Positions 50,801-60,145 are shown, counted from the stretch's first letter. The stretch: 64,000 bases of DNA from Alphaproteobacteria bacterium (GCA_965220745.1 CBDCQT010000013.1:928001-992000), one strand, 5' to 3'. Notes: generated from the letters alone by a model not told the origin. A program made the numbers and translations.

Positions 50801-51356
50801 CCGGGCGCTCGGCGTTGGGCGCGAAAATATCCACGATGCCGCCGCGCACGGCGTAGTCGCCGGCCTCCATCACCGTGCCGGTACGCACGAAGCCGTTGCG
50901 TTCGAGGTAGGCCAGCAGGGTCTCGGTATCGAGCGACGCGCCTGAGTCCAGCGGCAGCGTGGCGTCGGCAAGCATCGTCCGGGGCGGCACCCGCTGGACC
51001 GCCGCGTTGACCGTGGTGAGCACCACTTTCGGCCGCGCGGCATCATCGCCCAGGAGGCGGACGAGGCTGGCGAGGCGCCGGCTGGCGATATCGGCGCGCG
51101 GCGAGACCCGGTCGTAGGGCAGGCAGTCCCAGGCCGGGATGGTGACCGGGGCACAGCCGGGATCGAAGAAGGCGAGCATCGCGGAGAGGCGCGCGAGTCT
51201 GGCATCGTCGCGGGCGATGTAGAGCACGGGCGCGGCCTGCGACTCCGCGAGGCCAAGCAGGACCGCCGCGGCGAAGCCTTCGGGAACCCCGCCGAGGCCG
51301 ATCTGGCCGGGCGCGGTGAGGACGCGCAGGCGGCGGTCGGGGACGAGCACGGTCAA
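47859..51356 (-). CDS. mfd: Transcription-repair coupling factor
   Basis: WDCLPYDRVSP, VRGGIVD, VVHVDHGIG, CGDVGFGKTEVA, VDEEQHFG, TATPIPRTL, QLRGRIGR, DLDIRGAGNLLG. Confidence 0.98.
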   Translation of the reverse strand: MTVLVPDRRLRVLTAPGQIGLGGVPEGFAAAVLLGLAESQAAPVLYIARDDARLARLSAMLAFFDPGCAPVTIPAWDCLPYDRVSPRADIASRRLASLVRLLGDDAARPKVVLTTVNAAVQRVPPRTMLADATLPLDSGASLDTETLLAYLERNGFVRTGTVMEAGDYAVRGGIVDIFAPNAERPVRLDFFGDVIETMHWFDPLSQRRDEPAGTLHLAPVSEVLLNPQSIARFRGAYRRQFGAVSGDDPLYEAVSAGRRYPGIEHWLPMFHEGLETLFDYVPEGPVLLDHRAAEVRDDRFETIADFYGARANPPSSSVVDTPYHPVPPEALFLDADEWGRRLAGRPVVQCSPFVEAEGGADAGARDGRDFVAERAQRHGALFETVGEHIDHLQESGLRVLIAGGGAGSRDRMVRLLREHGVHAIEPVADWQAAGALPPEMAAAAVLPLERGFVSAGLAVIAEQDILGARASRPERRRRKPADEFLVDVAALSDGDLVVHVDHGIGRYDGLVTLEVDHAPHDCLRILYEGDDRLFLPVENIELLSRYGSADRPVALDRLGGAGWQARKAKLKQRIRDMANQLIGLAAERATRPAPQLTAPGALYDAFCAGFPYVETDDQARAIDEAIGDLDAGRAMDRLICGDVGFGKTEVALRAAFHAVHAGKQVAVLTPTTLLSRQHMQTFRERFARLPVEIAQLSRLVPAKEQAETKRGIAAGTVDIVIGTHALLGKQIAFNDLGLVVVDEEQHFGVAHKERLKQLKAEAHVLTLTATPIPRTLQMALSGVRDMSVIATPPVDRLAVRTFILPFDPVVVREALMREHLRGGQTFYVCPRIADLDEVAERVRRLVPEVKVAVAHGRLAARSLDTVMGDFYDGKFDVLVSTAIIESGLDLQRVNTMIVHRADRFGLAQLYQLRGRIGRAKLRGYAYLTLPPGHRLTDDAHKRLQVIHRLDGLGAGFSLASHDLDIRGAGNLLGAEQSGHIREVGIELYQHMLEEAVATARAAAGSEAPPAERWSPTISLGTSVLIPESYVRDLDVRLTLYRRVAALEDQAGIDAFVDELTDRFGPPPASVHHLLEIMAIKQLCRQSGIERVEAGPKGAVLSFRGGGFVEPAALVRYVSAPENELRLRPDNRLVAVRRWPDAEARLEGVQRILRDLCALAGESTPH

Positions 51357-51640
51357 CGGCGACGATCGCTGTGCCGCCTCATGGCCTCGCGCCTGAGCCG
51401 TGCCATGAACGGCGTGTCGTATTCGGCAGGCACCGGTGTCCGCCCGCTGATCCAGTTCGTGATGTCCACGTCGTTCGCGGTCAGCAGGCGTTCCGCTTGC
51501 GCCACTTCATCGGGCGGGAGCTGGGGGCCGAGCCGGGCGATGACGTCGCCGACCAGGAGGTCGGTCTCCCTGGTGCCGGTGCGCGCCGAGCGATAACGGA
51601 GCCGCCTGCGCCTGGTTTCGAGGTCGAGGCCTTCGATCAT
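51353..51640 (-). CDS. sdhE: Succinate dehydrogenase assembly factor SdhE/SDHAF2
   Basis: RRRRLRYRSARTGTRETDLL, DVDITNWISG, VPAEYDT; typical position upstream of mfd. Confidence 0.78.
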   Translation of the reverse strand: MIEGLDLETRRRRLRYRSARTGTRETDLLVGDVIARLGPQLPPDEVAQAERLLTANDVDITNWISGRTPVPAEYDTPFMARLRREAMRRHSDRRR

Positions 51641-51671
51641 GGCGGGCGTGGCCTCGGCGCCGCGGGCGCGC

Positions 51672-52868
51672 TCAGCCCGCCATGACGGCGGCCGGGTCAC
51701 GGCCGACAATCCGGCGGTAGATGGCGGGGTCGGTCGCGCCCTCGCTGCCAATGACGAGTATCCGGGAGGCTTCGCTCAGCCCGAGCGCTTCTCGTGCCTC
51801 TGCATCGCCGGCCACGGCCATCAGCCCGCCGAGCGAGGCGGCGCCGGACTCGCCGAGCACGAGCGGCGGATCGCCGCCGATGGGCGCCGCGGCGAAGCGC
51901 ATGGCATCGACGGCGCCGGCATCGTCCAGCGCCATGAAGGCGAAGGCGCCTCGCGCGAGCACCTGCCAGGCCAGCGGAGAGACTTCGGCTGCGGCGAGGC
52001 AGGCCATCACCGTGTCGAGATCGCCCGAGGCGGGGCTCGGCTTGCCATTGACGGCGCTCTGGTAGAGACAGTCGGCGGTCGTCGGTTCCACCACCACGCC
52101 CTTCGGGCTGTCGGCCCCAAGATCCTGGCGGAAGGCACCGATCACGGCGGCGGCGAGTCCGCCGACACCGGCCTGGACGAAGAGATGGGTCGGCACCGCG
52201 CCGCTGAGCGCATTTCTGATCTCGTCCACCAGCATGGCATAGCCGTGCATGACCCGGCTCGGTGCCTCGTCGCCGCCGGCGTGGGAGGTGTCGGAGACCA
52301 GCAGCCAGCCCCTGGCGTGGGCCTCGTCGGCGCAGGCCTCCACCGCCTCGTCGTAGCTGCCGGCGATGCGCACGATGTCGGCGCCCTGCGCGGCGATGGC
52401 ACGCTCGCGACCCTCGCTCACCGGCTCAGGCAGAAACACAGTGCACTTGGCGCCGGCGCGGCGCGCACCCCAGGCCACCGCGAGTCCGTGGTTGCCGTCG
52501 GTCGCGCAGCACACCGTCATATCCTTGGCACGTGTGGCGGCCCGGCCGGCGGCAACATCCTCGATGGAGATGTCGCTTCCCAGCCGCTCGCGCAATAGGT
52601 GCACCACGGCATAGGCGCCGCCCAACGCCTTGAAGCTGCCGAGACCGAAGCGCCCGCTCTCGTCCTTGAGCCAGAGCGTTTCGATGCCGAGGGTGCCTGC
52701 GAGGCCGTCCAATCGGTGTAGCGGGGTGGGCTGGTAGCCCTCGAAGCCCGTGATCGCGGTGCGTGCTGCGGCGCGGCGCTCCGGAACGATCACCGGATCG
52801 ATATCGTCGGCGCTCCCTGGCGCGGGCGCGTAGCGCGGGTTGACGTGGAGGCGAAAGGGGACGGTCAT
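51672..52868 (-). CDS. dpaL: Diaminopropionate ammonia-lyase
   Basis: KDESGRFGLGSFKALGG, ATDGNHG, VSDTS, QAGVGG, LGESGAA, SEGATDP. Confidence 0.9.
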   Translation of the reverse strand: MTVPFRLHVNPRYAPAPGSADDIDPVIVPERRAAARTAITGFEGYQPTPLHRLDGLAGTLGIETLWLKDESGRFGLGSFKALGGAYAVVHLLRERLGSDISIEDVAAGRAATRAKDMTVCCATDGNHGLAVAWGARRAGAKCTVFLPEPVSEGRERAIAAQGADIVRIAGSYDEAVEACADEAHARGWLLVSDTSHAGGDEAPSRVMHGYAMLVDEIRNALSGAVPTHLFVQAGVGGLAAAVIGAFRQDLGADSPKGVVVEPTTADCLYQSAVNGKPSPASGDLDTVMACLAAAEVSPLAWQVLARGAFAFMALDDAGAVDAMRFAAAPIGGDPPLVLGESGAASLGGLMAVAGDAEAREALGLSEASRILVIGSEGATDPAIYRRIVGRDPAAVMAG

Positions 52869-52882
52869 GGCGCGACCCCGGT

Positions 52883-53860
52883 CTAGCGCAGGTCCGCGAG
52901 CAAGGGCATGACCTCGTCCGCGAAGCGTTGCAGGTGGGCCGCCTTCTCGCTTTCCGGCGCGAGCGTGTTCACCACGAGATGACGCACGCCGACCGCGTGG
53001 AAGGCTCGGATCGCCTCCGCGACGTCCGCCGCTTCTCCGAGCGCGCAGTAGCGCTCCGCTGCTTTGGAAAAATCCATGGCGTAGCGGACACTCAGGAACT
53101 CGGCCGCGAATTCGAGAGCGGTCTCGCGGTCCTTGTCGAGCCGGACGAACAGCAGGTGCGACGTGCCGAAGCGTTCCAGGGTGCGGCCGGATTCGGTTGC
53201 GGCGGCAGCGATGGTCTCGAGTGAGCGGCGGTAGCGCTTGGGGTCGACGACGTAGGACATCCAGCCGTCCGCGAGCCGGCCGGCGCGGCGCAGCGCGGGA
53301 TCGGAGCGGCCGCCGCACCAGATCGGCGGGCCGCCCGGCCGTGCCGGCGGCGGGTCGATCGCGACTTCGGGGAAGGGGTAGAAGCGTCCGTCGTGGGCAA
53401 CCGGGCCGCCGGACCAGAGCTTGCGCAGGACGCGAATCCCCTCGCTGAGCCGGGCACCTCGCTCTTCCACTGGCACCCCGCACAGCTCGAACTCGACGGG
53501 GAACTCGCCGCCGACACCGACGCCGAAGATCACCCGGCCGTTCGAGATGGTGTCGAGGCTCGCGACCTGCTTCGCAACGGGCGCCGGATGGCGGAGCGGC
53601 AGCAGATAGACCGCCGTGCCCACGGTGAGCCGGTCGCTGATTGCAGCGGCTTGGGCGAGCTGCACCAGCGGATCGAGGATCGGACCCGCGAAGGCCACGT
53701 GATCGCCTGACCAGATCGAATCGAAACCGAGTGCATCGAGCAGACGCACGGTCTCGGGCAGGTCGCGACCGGCCGCCGCTCCCTCGGCATCGTCGTATCC
53801 CGTCGGCGCCAGCACATTCTGGTAGCCGATGCTCAGTCTCGGTTCGAGGGGCAGATCCAC
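52883..53860 (-). CDS. LLM-class flavin/F420-dependent oxidoreductase
   Basis: GFDSIWSGDHV, LPLRHP, SNGRVIFGVGVGGE, PPIWCGG, ADGW; start assigned to GTG 53860. Confidence 0.85.
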   Translation of the reverse strand: MDLPLEPRLSIGYQNVLAPTGYDDAEGAAAGRDLPETVRLLDALGFDSIWSGDHVAFAGPILDPLVQLAQAAAISDRLTVGTAVYLLPLRHPAPVAKQVASLDTISNGRVIFGVGVGGEFPVEFELCGVPVEERGARLSEGIRVLRKLWSGGPVAHDGRFYPFPEVAIDPPPARPGGPPIWCGGRSDPALRRAGRLADGWMSYVVDPKRYRRSLETIAAAATESGRTLERFGTSHLLFVRLDKDRETALEFAAEFLSVRYAMDFSKAAERYCALGEAADVAEAIRAFHAVGVRHLVVNTLAPESEKAAHLQRFADEVMPLLADLR

Positions 53861-54375
53861 ACCCGGCTCCCGCGTTGGAAAATTGGCCGCGCACTCTAAA
53901 GCGTTTCCGTTTCGCACGAAAACGCTCCAGCAATTCATCGCTCACGGCTGCCTGCCGTCCTGAGATTCCGCGCGCCTACCGGCGCGACAGCCCGCATGCC
54001 TCGCCACGGTCACGGTCACGGCCTGCGTCGCGCCCAGACGCGACGCAGCCTGGGGACATTGGTGAGAAATCAGAACTGACCGATTCGCCAATATCAGCAG
54101 ACAGGATCGCGTGTTACAGGTGGCAATTCGGTGCCCGCCTGAAGGGTCGAAGGCACCGGCGCGGGCCTCGCTTGACTCCCCCGGATGAGCGGGTCAAGTA
54201 CTGGCAGCGAGATGAGCGACGCGGCCGGCCGGCTGCGGACGAGGGAGAGACTGTGACTGACCGGAATCGGCCGGCGACGGTCGCGTCATCGGGCACGCGC
54301 CCACGGCCTTGCGCGCAGGACGCCACCGGCCCCAGCCCACTCGTCTTCGCGGGCATCCCGACCGGGTACTGACGC

Positions 54376-55407
54376 GTGGCCGTGAGCACGGGCGAGGGGC
54401 CGACGCGGGGCGGCACCGACTACACGGTGTCGGCCGCGACGATCCGCCACTGGCGGGACGACGAGCTCCCCGAATGGTTCAAGAAGAAGCGCGGTAGCAC
54501 GCGCTCGCTGATCGTCAACCGCTGGGTGCCGCGGGTGATGGTCGGCGTGCCCATCGCGGTGCTGCTCTTCATCGTCGCCTATCCCACCGTGCAGATGGCG
54601 TACTACGCCTTCCACGACATCAACATGGTGAGCCTGTTCAAGGGCGACTACGGGCTGATCGGCTTCACCAACTTCGAGCGGGTGCTGACCTCGGACCGCT
54701 TCCACGGCTCGGTGCTCCACCTGATCCAGTACCTGTTCTTCGGCGCCGTGCTGCAGGTTGTGATCGGCACCGCGCTCGCGCTGATCCTGCACCACTGCGT
54801 GCGCAACAACGCCGCCAGGCTGGTGATCCTGGTCATCCTCGTGATGCCCATGATGCTGCCGCCCTCCATCGTGGGCGTGCTGTGGCGCTTCCTGTTCAAC
54901 CCGTCGAACGGCGCGATCAACCAAGCGCTACTCGATATCGGCCTGATTCAGGCGCATATCGAGTGGTTCCAGATCGGCGTCTCGCTCTGGACCATCACCA
55001 TCGCCGACATATGGGAATGGACCTCGCTGCCGTTCCTGATCGTCTTCAGCGGCCGATTGGGCCTGCCGCCCTCGATCTACGAGGCGGCGCGGGTGGACGG
55101 CGCCTCGCCCTTCCTCACGCTCCGGCGTATCACGCTGCCGATGCTGAAGGAGGTCATCGCCATCGCCTTCATCATCCGCTTCATGGATGCGTACAAATTC
55201 GTGGACAAGGTCTACGTCATGACTTCGGGCGGGCCGGCGCAGTCCTCGGAATTGCCCGCCTACATCGCCTATCAGCGGGGCGTGCGCGAGTTCGAGATCG
55301 GCGAGGCGGCGGCCTACGCGTGGATCATCTTCCTCTTCGCCATCATCCTGATCACGCTCTTCCTGCGCTACCTAAAGCGCGTGCTGCGCGCACAGGCGAT
55401 CGCTTGA
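54376..55407 (+). CDS. CUT1 (carbohydrate-type) ABC transporter permease 1
   Basis: GFTNF, PMMLPP, IADIWEWT, YEAARVDGA, ITLP, TSGGP. Confidence 0.9.
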   Translation: MAVSTGEGPTRGGTDYTVSAATIRHWRDDELPEWFKKKRGSTRSLIVNRWVPRVMVGVPIAVLLFIVAYPTVQMAYYAFHDINMVSLFKGDYGLIGFTNFERVLTSDRFHGSVLHLIQYLFFGAVLQVVIGTALALILHHCVRNNAARLVILVILVMPMMLPPSIVGVLWRFLFNPSNGAINQALLDIGLIQAHIEWFQIGVSLWTITIADIWEWTSLPFLIVFSGRLGLPPSIYEAARVDGASPFLTLRRITLPMLKEVIAIAFIIRFMDAYKFVDKVYVMTSGGPAQSSELPAYIAYQRGVREFEIGEAAAYAWIIFLFAIILITLFLRYLKRVLRAQAIA

Positions 55408-55417
55408 GGCCGCCGGC

Positions 55418-56257
55418 ATGAGCGTCAAGCACTACAAGCTGGTCCGGCTGCTGCTGCTGATCTTCCTCGGCGTGTGGCTGGTGCTGATCATGTTCCCCTT
55501 CTACTTCCAGATCATCACCTCGCTGAAGGACGTGGCGGAGGTGAATCGGATCGAGCCCACCTTCTGGCCCGAAGTATTCGTGCTCGAGAATTACTCCGCG
55601 ATCTGGAACGAGCCCGGCAACTTCAAGTCCCTGGTGGACAGCTTCATCATCGCGACCTGCAACACCATTCTCTCGCTCTTCTTCGGCACGCTGGCGGGCT
55701 ACGCGCTGGCGCGCTTCCCGCGCCAGTCGGGCGGCGAGAACGTGGCGATGTGGATCCTGTCCAACCGCATGTTCCCGCCGGTGGCGGTGCTGCTGCCGAT
55801 GTTCTTCCTGTTCGAGGAGCTGTTCGGCACCACCGACACGCACATGGCCCTGATCATCCTCTACCTGGTCTTCAACATGCCGCTCGCGGTGTGGCTGATG
55901 ATGGTCTTCTTCCGCGACGTACCGCGCGAGCTGGAGGAGGCGGCCTACGTGGACGGCCACAAGCCGTTCAAGGTGTTCTTCACCATCACGCTGCCGCTGG
56001 TCGGGCCCGGCATGATCGCGGTCGCCATGCTGTGCTGGATCTTCTCGTGGAACGAGTACCTGTTCGCCAACATGTTCATCGGCACGGACGTGAAGACCTT
56101 CCCTGTGGTGATCCCGAGCTTCACCAGCGGCAGCCAGACGCTGTGGAACCTGGTGATGGCGTTCAGCCTGGTCGCCATGATCCCGCCGGTGGTGCTGTTC
56201 ATCATCCTGCGCCGCTACATGGTGCGCGGCCTCTCGCTCGGCGTGGTGAAGGGCTGA
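55418..56257 (+). CDS. CUT1 ABC transporter permease 2
   Basis: AGYALAR, ELEEAAYVDG, WNEYLFA, RGLSLG. Confidence 0.9.
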   Translation: MSVKHYKLVRLLLLIFLGVWLVLIMFPFYFQIITSLKDVAEVNRIEPTFWPEVFVLENYSAIWNEPGNFKSLVDSFIIATCNTILSLFFGTLAGYALARFPRQSGGENVAMWILSNRMFPPVAVLLPMFFLFEELFGTTDTHMALIILYLVFNMPLAVWLMMVFFRDVPRELEEAAYVDGHKPFKVFFTITLPLVGPGMIAVAMLCWIFSWNEYLFANMFIGTDVKTFPVVIPSFTSGSQTLWNLVMAFSLVAMIPPVVLFIILRRYMVRGLSLGVVKG

Positions 56258-56258
56258 G

Positions 56259-57368
56259 ATGGCGCGGCTGGAACTGCAGGGCATCTGCAAGGGGTGGGAT
56301 TATCCCATCCTGGACCAGCTCGACCTGACCATCGAGGAGGGCGAGTTCTTCTGCATCCTGGGGCCGTCCGGCATCAGCAAGACGACGCTGCTCCGCATCA
56401 TCGCTGGCCTCGAATCGCCGGATGCCGGGCGGGTAATTCTGAACGGCAAGGACATCACAGAGGTGCCGCCCTATCACCGGCCCGTGGCGCTGACCTTCGA
56501 GAGCTACGCGCTCTATCCGCACCGCAGCGTCTTCGACAACATCGCGAGCCCGCTCCGGGCGCAGAGGCTGCCGCGCAGCGAGATGGAGGCGCGCATCGCC
56601 GAGGTGGCGCGGATCCTGCGCATCGAGGAGCTGCTGCCGCGCCGGCCGAACGAGGCCTCGGGCGGCCAGATGCAGCGCATCTCGCTGGCGCGGACCTTGG
56701 TCAAGCGGCCTGAGGTCTTCCTCCTCGACGAGCCGATCAGCCATTTGGACGCGCGCATCCGATACGAGCTGCGCCAGCAGTTTCACCGCCTGGAGGCGCT
56801 GCGTACCGTGGCCACCATCTACGTGACCCACGACTACACCGAAGCGCTCTCGCTGGGCGACCGGGTCGGCATCATGGGCCGCGCGGGGCTGGTGCAGACC
56901 GGCCTGCCGCGGGACATCTTCGAGCGGCCGAACTCGCTCTTCGTGGCGCAGCACGTGGGCCAGCCGCCCATCAACCTGATCGACTGCGAACTCCGGCGCG
57001 TGGATGGCGCGCTCCACGTCGCGAGCCAGGAGACAGAGCTTTCCTACCCGCTTGCGGCCGACCATGGCGCCGCCCTGGAGGCGCGCAACGAGCCGACCCT
57101 GGTCGCCGGAATCAGGCCTCAGCACCTGGAGGCGCTGGCGGACGACGCTGACGCGGGCGGGCGGCACGTGATGGAGGGCCGCGCCGAGATTTACGAGGCG
57201 CTGGGCTCCATGGGCGTGCTGATCGCCGATGTCGGCGGTGCCAAGCTCACGGTGATCACGGCGCCCGATGCGCATGTGGAGCCGGGCCAGCCGGTGCGAA
57301 TCGCGCTCAGGACCGAGCGCGTTCACTATTTCGACATGCAGAACGGCGTATCCCTGCTCGACGGATAG
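56259..57368 (+). CDS. MalK-like ABC ATPase 1
   Basis: GPSGISKTT, YALYPH, ASGGQMQR, LLDEP, YVTHD. Confidence 0.9.
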   Translation: MARLELQGICKGWDYPILDQLDLTIEEGEFFCILGPSGISKTTLLRIIAGLESPDAGRVILNGKDITEVPPYHRPVALTFESYALYPHRSVFDNIASPLRAQRLPRSEMEARIAEVARILRIEELLPRRPNEASGGQMQRISLARTLVKRPEVFLLDEPISHLDARIRYELRQQFHRLEALRTVATIYVTHDYTEALSLGDRVGIMGRAGLVQTGLPRDIFERPNSLFVAQHVGQPPINLIDCELRRVDGALHVASQETELSYPLAADHGAALEARNEPTLVAGIRPQHLEALADDADAGGRHVMEGRAEIYEALGSMGVLIADVGGAKLTVITAPDAHVEPGQPVRIALRTERVHYFDMQNGVSLLDG

Positions 57369-57373
57369 CGGCG

Positions 57374-58474
57374 ATGGCGGAAGTCAGGCTGAGCGAGGTC
57401 AACAAGGTCTACGAGGGCCGCGGGCAGCAGGTGCACGCGGTGCGCGACCTCGACCTCGTGGTGGAGGACGGTGAGTTCGTCTCCATCGTGGGACCCTCGG
57501 GCTGCGGCAAGTCCACCACGCTGCGCATGATCGTGGGGCTGGAGAAGGCCACGTCAGGCCAGATCCTGTTCAACGGCGACATGGTCAACGATCTCGATCC
57601 GCAGGAGCGGAACGTCGCGATGGCGTTCGAGAACTATGCGCTCTATCCCAACTTCAGTGCCGAGGAAAACATCGGCTTCCCGCTGGAGGCGCGGGGGATT
57701 CCCAAGCAGGAGCGCCGCCGCCGCGTCCACGAGCTGGCCGAGCTGCTGCAGATCGGAAACATCCTGCACCAGCATCCCAACACGCTCTCCGGCGGCCAGA
57801 AGCAGCGGGTCTCGCTGGCGCGCGCGCTGATTCGCGAGCCTGCCGCCTTCATCCTGGACGAGGTGCTGGGCCACGTGGACGGGCATCTGCGCTTCCAGAT
57901 GCTGTTCGACCTCAAGCGCCTGCACCAGTCGCTCGACAGCACGATGATCTTCGTCACCCACGATCAGATGGAGGCGATCGCGCTCTCGGACCGGATCGCG
58001 GTGCTGCACCAGGGCCGCTTGGTGCAGAGTGGCACGCGTGACGAGCTCTACGACACGCCCGCGACCCGGTTCGTCGCGGACTTCATCGGCGAGCCGCCGA
58101 CCAATTTCTTCGACGCCCGACTCGTCGAGGAAGGGGGGCAGGAAATGCTGCGCGCGGACGATCTCGCACTGCAGCCAACGGCCGAAACCGCAGGCCGTCT
58201 GCGCTCTCGCGACGACCGGCGCTATGTCGTTGGCATCCGTCCGCAAAACCTGTTATGCACGCCACGAGCGGGCACGATCAGTTTCGACGCCACGATCGAC
58301 ATCCATGAATATCTGGGGGAGCGATCCATCCTCACCCTGCGCCGGGGCGGGCTCAGCTTCCAGGCCCTGGCGTCGGCCGAAGGCTCGTGGGCCGCTGACG
58401 AGCCGATCACCCTTTACTACCGTCCCGAGGACATCATGGTGTTCGACGCGGAGTCGGAAGCTCTCATCGCCTGA
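57374..58474 (+). CDS. MalK-like ABC ATPase 2
   Basis: GPSGCGKST, LSGGQKQR, ILDEV, FVTHDQ, FVADFIG. Confidence 0.9.
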   Translation: MAEVRLSEVNKVYEGRGQQVHAVRDLDLVVEDGEFVSIVGPSGCGKSTTLRMIVGLEKATSGQILFNGDMVNDLDPQERNVAMAFENYALYPNFSAEENIGFPLEARGIPKQERRRRVHELAELLQIGNILHQHPNTLSGGQKQRVSLARALIREPAAFILDEVLGHVDGHLRFQMLFDLKRLHQSLDSTMIFVTHDQMEAIALSDRIAVLHQGRLVQSGTRDELYDTPATRFVADFIGEPPTNFFDARLVEEGGQEMLRADDLALQPTAETAGRLRSRDDRRYVVGIRPQNLLCTPRAGTISFDATIDIHEYLGERSILTLRRGGLSFQALASAEGSWAADEPITLYYRPEDIMVFDAESEALIA

Positions 58475-58537
58475 GCGCGACCGGGCGGAGTGCCGAGCGG
58501 CAATGTTTGTGGGTTGAACGCAACGAGGAGACACAAA

Positions 58538-60085
58538 ATGGGAATGTTTAGTCACATTACGCGGCGCAAGTTCCTGAAAGGCGCGGCGGCCGGTGCAGCG
58601 GCCCTCGGCGCCTCGGGCGTCGCGGCACCACGGCTCGGCCGTGCGGCCCAGGCGGTGCCGCCGGGCAAGAAGCTCTTCAACGACATCGAGCTGACCTACT
58701 TCCAGGATTCCAACTGGCTGCACGCGCCGCTGTGGCTCTCCGACCACTTGATGGCGGAGGCCGGCGTCGGCATCAAGAGCCGGGAGCAGTACGACGGCGG
58801 CGACGCGGTCGCGAAGATTCTGCCGCAGCTTCTCTCCCGCAACCCGCGCTTCGACTGGGTCCAGTTCCCGAGTCTGTTCTTCGGCGCGTTCGCGGAAACC
58901 GGCCAGCTTGAGCCGCTCGACCAGTACCTCGAGAAGTACGAGGGCACGTCGGAGTATCTGGACTGGGTCATGCCCGCCTACCGCGAGTTCTACACGAAGT
59001 GGGCCGGCCAGACCTACGGCATCATGCTGGATGGTGACATCCACATCCTCCACTACCGCAAGTCCTTCTTCGAGCGGCCGGAGCTTCAGAAGAAGTTCTC
59101 CAAGCGCTTCCAGCGTGATCTCGCCGTTCCGAAGACCTGGTTCGAGTTCCTCGACGCGACGCAGTTCTTCACCGAGGAGCTGTCAGAGTCCGAGGGCGTC
59201 TATGGTTCGTCCATGGTCATCAACCCGCCGAACTTCGGCTGGGGCTTCTGGATGGACGTGGCCGCGGGCAACGGGGTCAACTACTTCGACGAGAACATGA
59301 ACCCGACGATCAACACGGCGCAGGCCGTCGAAGCGTTGGATCTGTTCAAGGAGATCGTCCAGTTCGGCCCGCCCGGGAAGGAGTCCTTGGGTCTCTCCAC
59401 CAGCATCCAGCGCTGGCAGTCGGGTGGCGACGTGATGTCGGTCTGGTGGATCGACCTCGCCGAGTTCACGGTGCAGCAGCAGGGCATGGAGCGCGCGGAG
59501 GATCAGCGCGGCGATATCGTTCCCGGCTGGCCGCAAGAGGATGGCTCGATCAACCACCGGGCGATTTCGCTCTGGTGCCGCACCGGCGCCATTCCGAAGA
59601 ACGCGCCGGAGGACGTGAAGGAAGCCGCGTTCTACTTCCTCTACCGGATGTCGCACCCGGATTATTCCGACGACATCGTGGCGGACGAGTATTGCGGTTC
59701 CGATCCGTTCGGCGTCAGCCACTACACCGACGCCGCGGCCCAGAAGTACCTGGAGCCCAACCCGCAGCGTGGGACCAACGAGCTGTGGGCCACGAACTCG
59801 GGCATCTTCCAGAACTTCGACACCTCGCGGAACCATCTGGATGCAGGCCTGAAAAACGTCGAGGTCGGCTATCCGCAGTTCTTCTGGGAAGGCGCGTCCG
59901 AGTACGGCGACGCGCTCGGCCGGAACATCCAGAAGGCGATCGCCGGCAACCTCACCAGCCAGCAGGCGCTCGACGAGGCGGCCGAGGAATGGGTCCAGAT
60001 CGTGCAGAAGCTGGGCATCGATAGTCAGAAGGCTCAGTACGCCAACTTCGTAGAGGGCGCTCGCTCGCTCGGCTACAAGATCTAG
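58538..60085 (+). CDS. Extracellular solute-binding protein (family 1) with Tat signal
   Basis: GAGGAG SD; ITRRKFLK Tat motif; LEPLD, LHYRK, PKTW, QQALD. Confidence 0.88.
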   Translation: MGMFSHITRRKFLKGAAAGAAALGASGVAAPRLGRAAQAVPPGKKLFNDIELTYFQDSNWLHAPLWLSDHLMAEAGVGIKSREQYDGGDAVAKILPQLLSRNPRFDWVQFPSLFFGAFAETGQLEPLDQYLEKYEGTSEYLDWVMPAYREFYTKWAGQTYGIMLDGDIHILHYRKSFFERPELQKKFSKRFQRDLAVPKTWFEFLDATQFFTEELSESEGVYGSSMVINPPNFGWGFWMDVAAGNGVNYFDENMNPTINTAQAVEALDLFKEIVQFGPPGKESLGLSTSIQRWQSGGDVMSVWWIDLAEFTVQQQGMERAEDQRGDIVPGWPQEDGSINHRAISLWCRTGAIPKNAPEDVKEAAFYFLYRMSHPDYSDDIVADEYCGSDPFGVSHYTDAAAQKYLEPNPQRGTNELWATNSGIFQNFDTSRNHLDAGLKNVEVGYPQFFWEGASEYGDALGRNIQKAIAGNLTSQQALDEAAEEWVQIVQKLGIDSQKAQYANFVEGARSLGYKI

Positions 60086-60099
60086 GCGTAGCGTTAAGC

Positions 60100-60145
60100 G
60101 GCCGCGGTGCCGCGCCCACGAGGCGTGACGCCGCGGCCCCTTTTT
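60100..60145 (+). terminator. Intrinsic terminator after the ABC operon
   Basis: ggccgcggtgccgcgcc-cacga-ggcgtgacgccgcggcc stem followed by cc-ttttt. Confidence 0.65.

Noticed and set aside
51672-53945. 757-aa ORF suggesting a DpaL fusion (similar extensions on ruvA, tolQ, bioD, pgeF and the SDR)
   Set aside because: The N-terminal extensions are Arg/Pro-rich off-frame reads of the upstream gene; true starts were reassigned.
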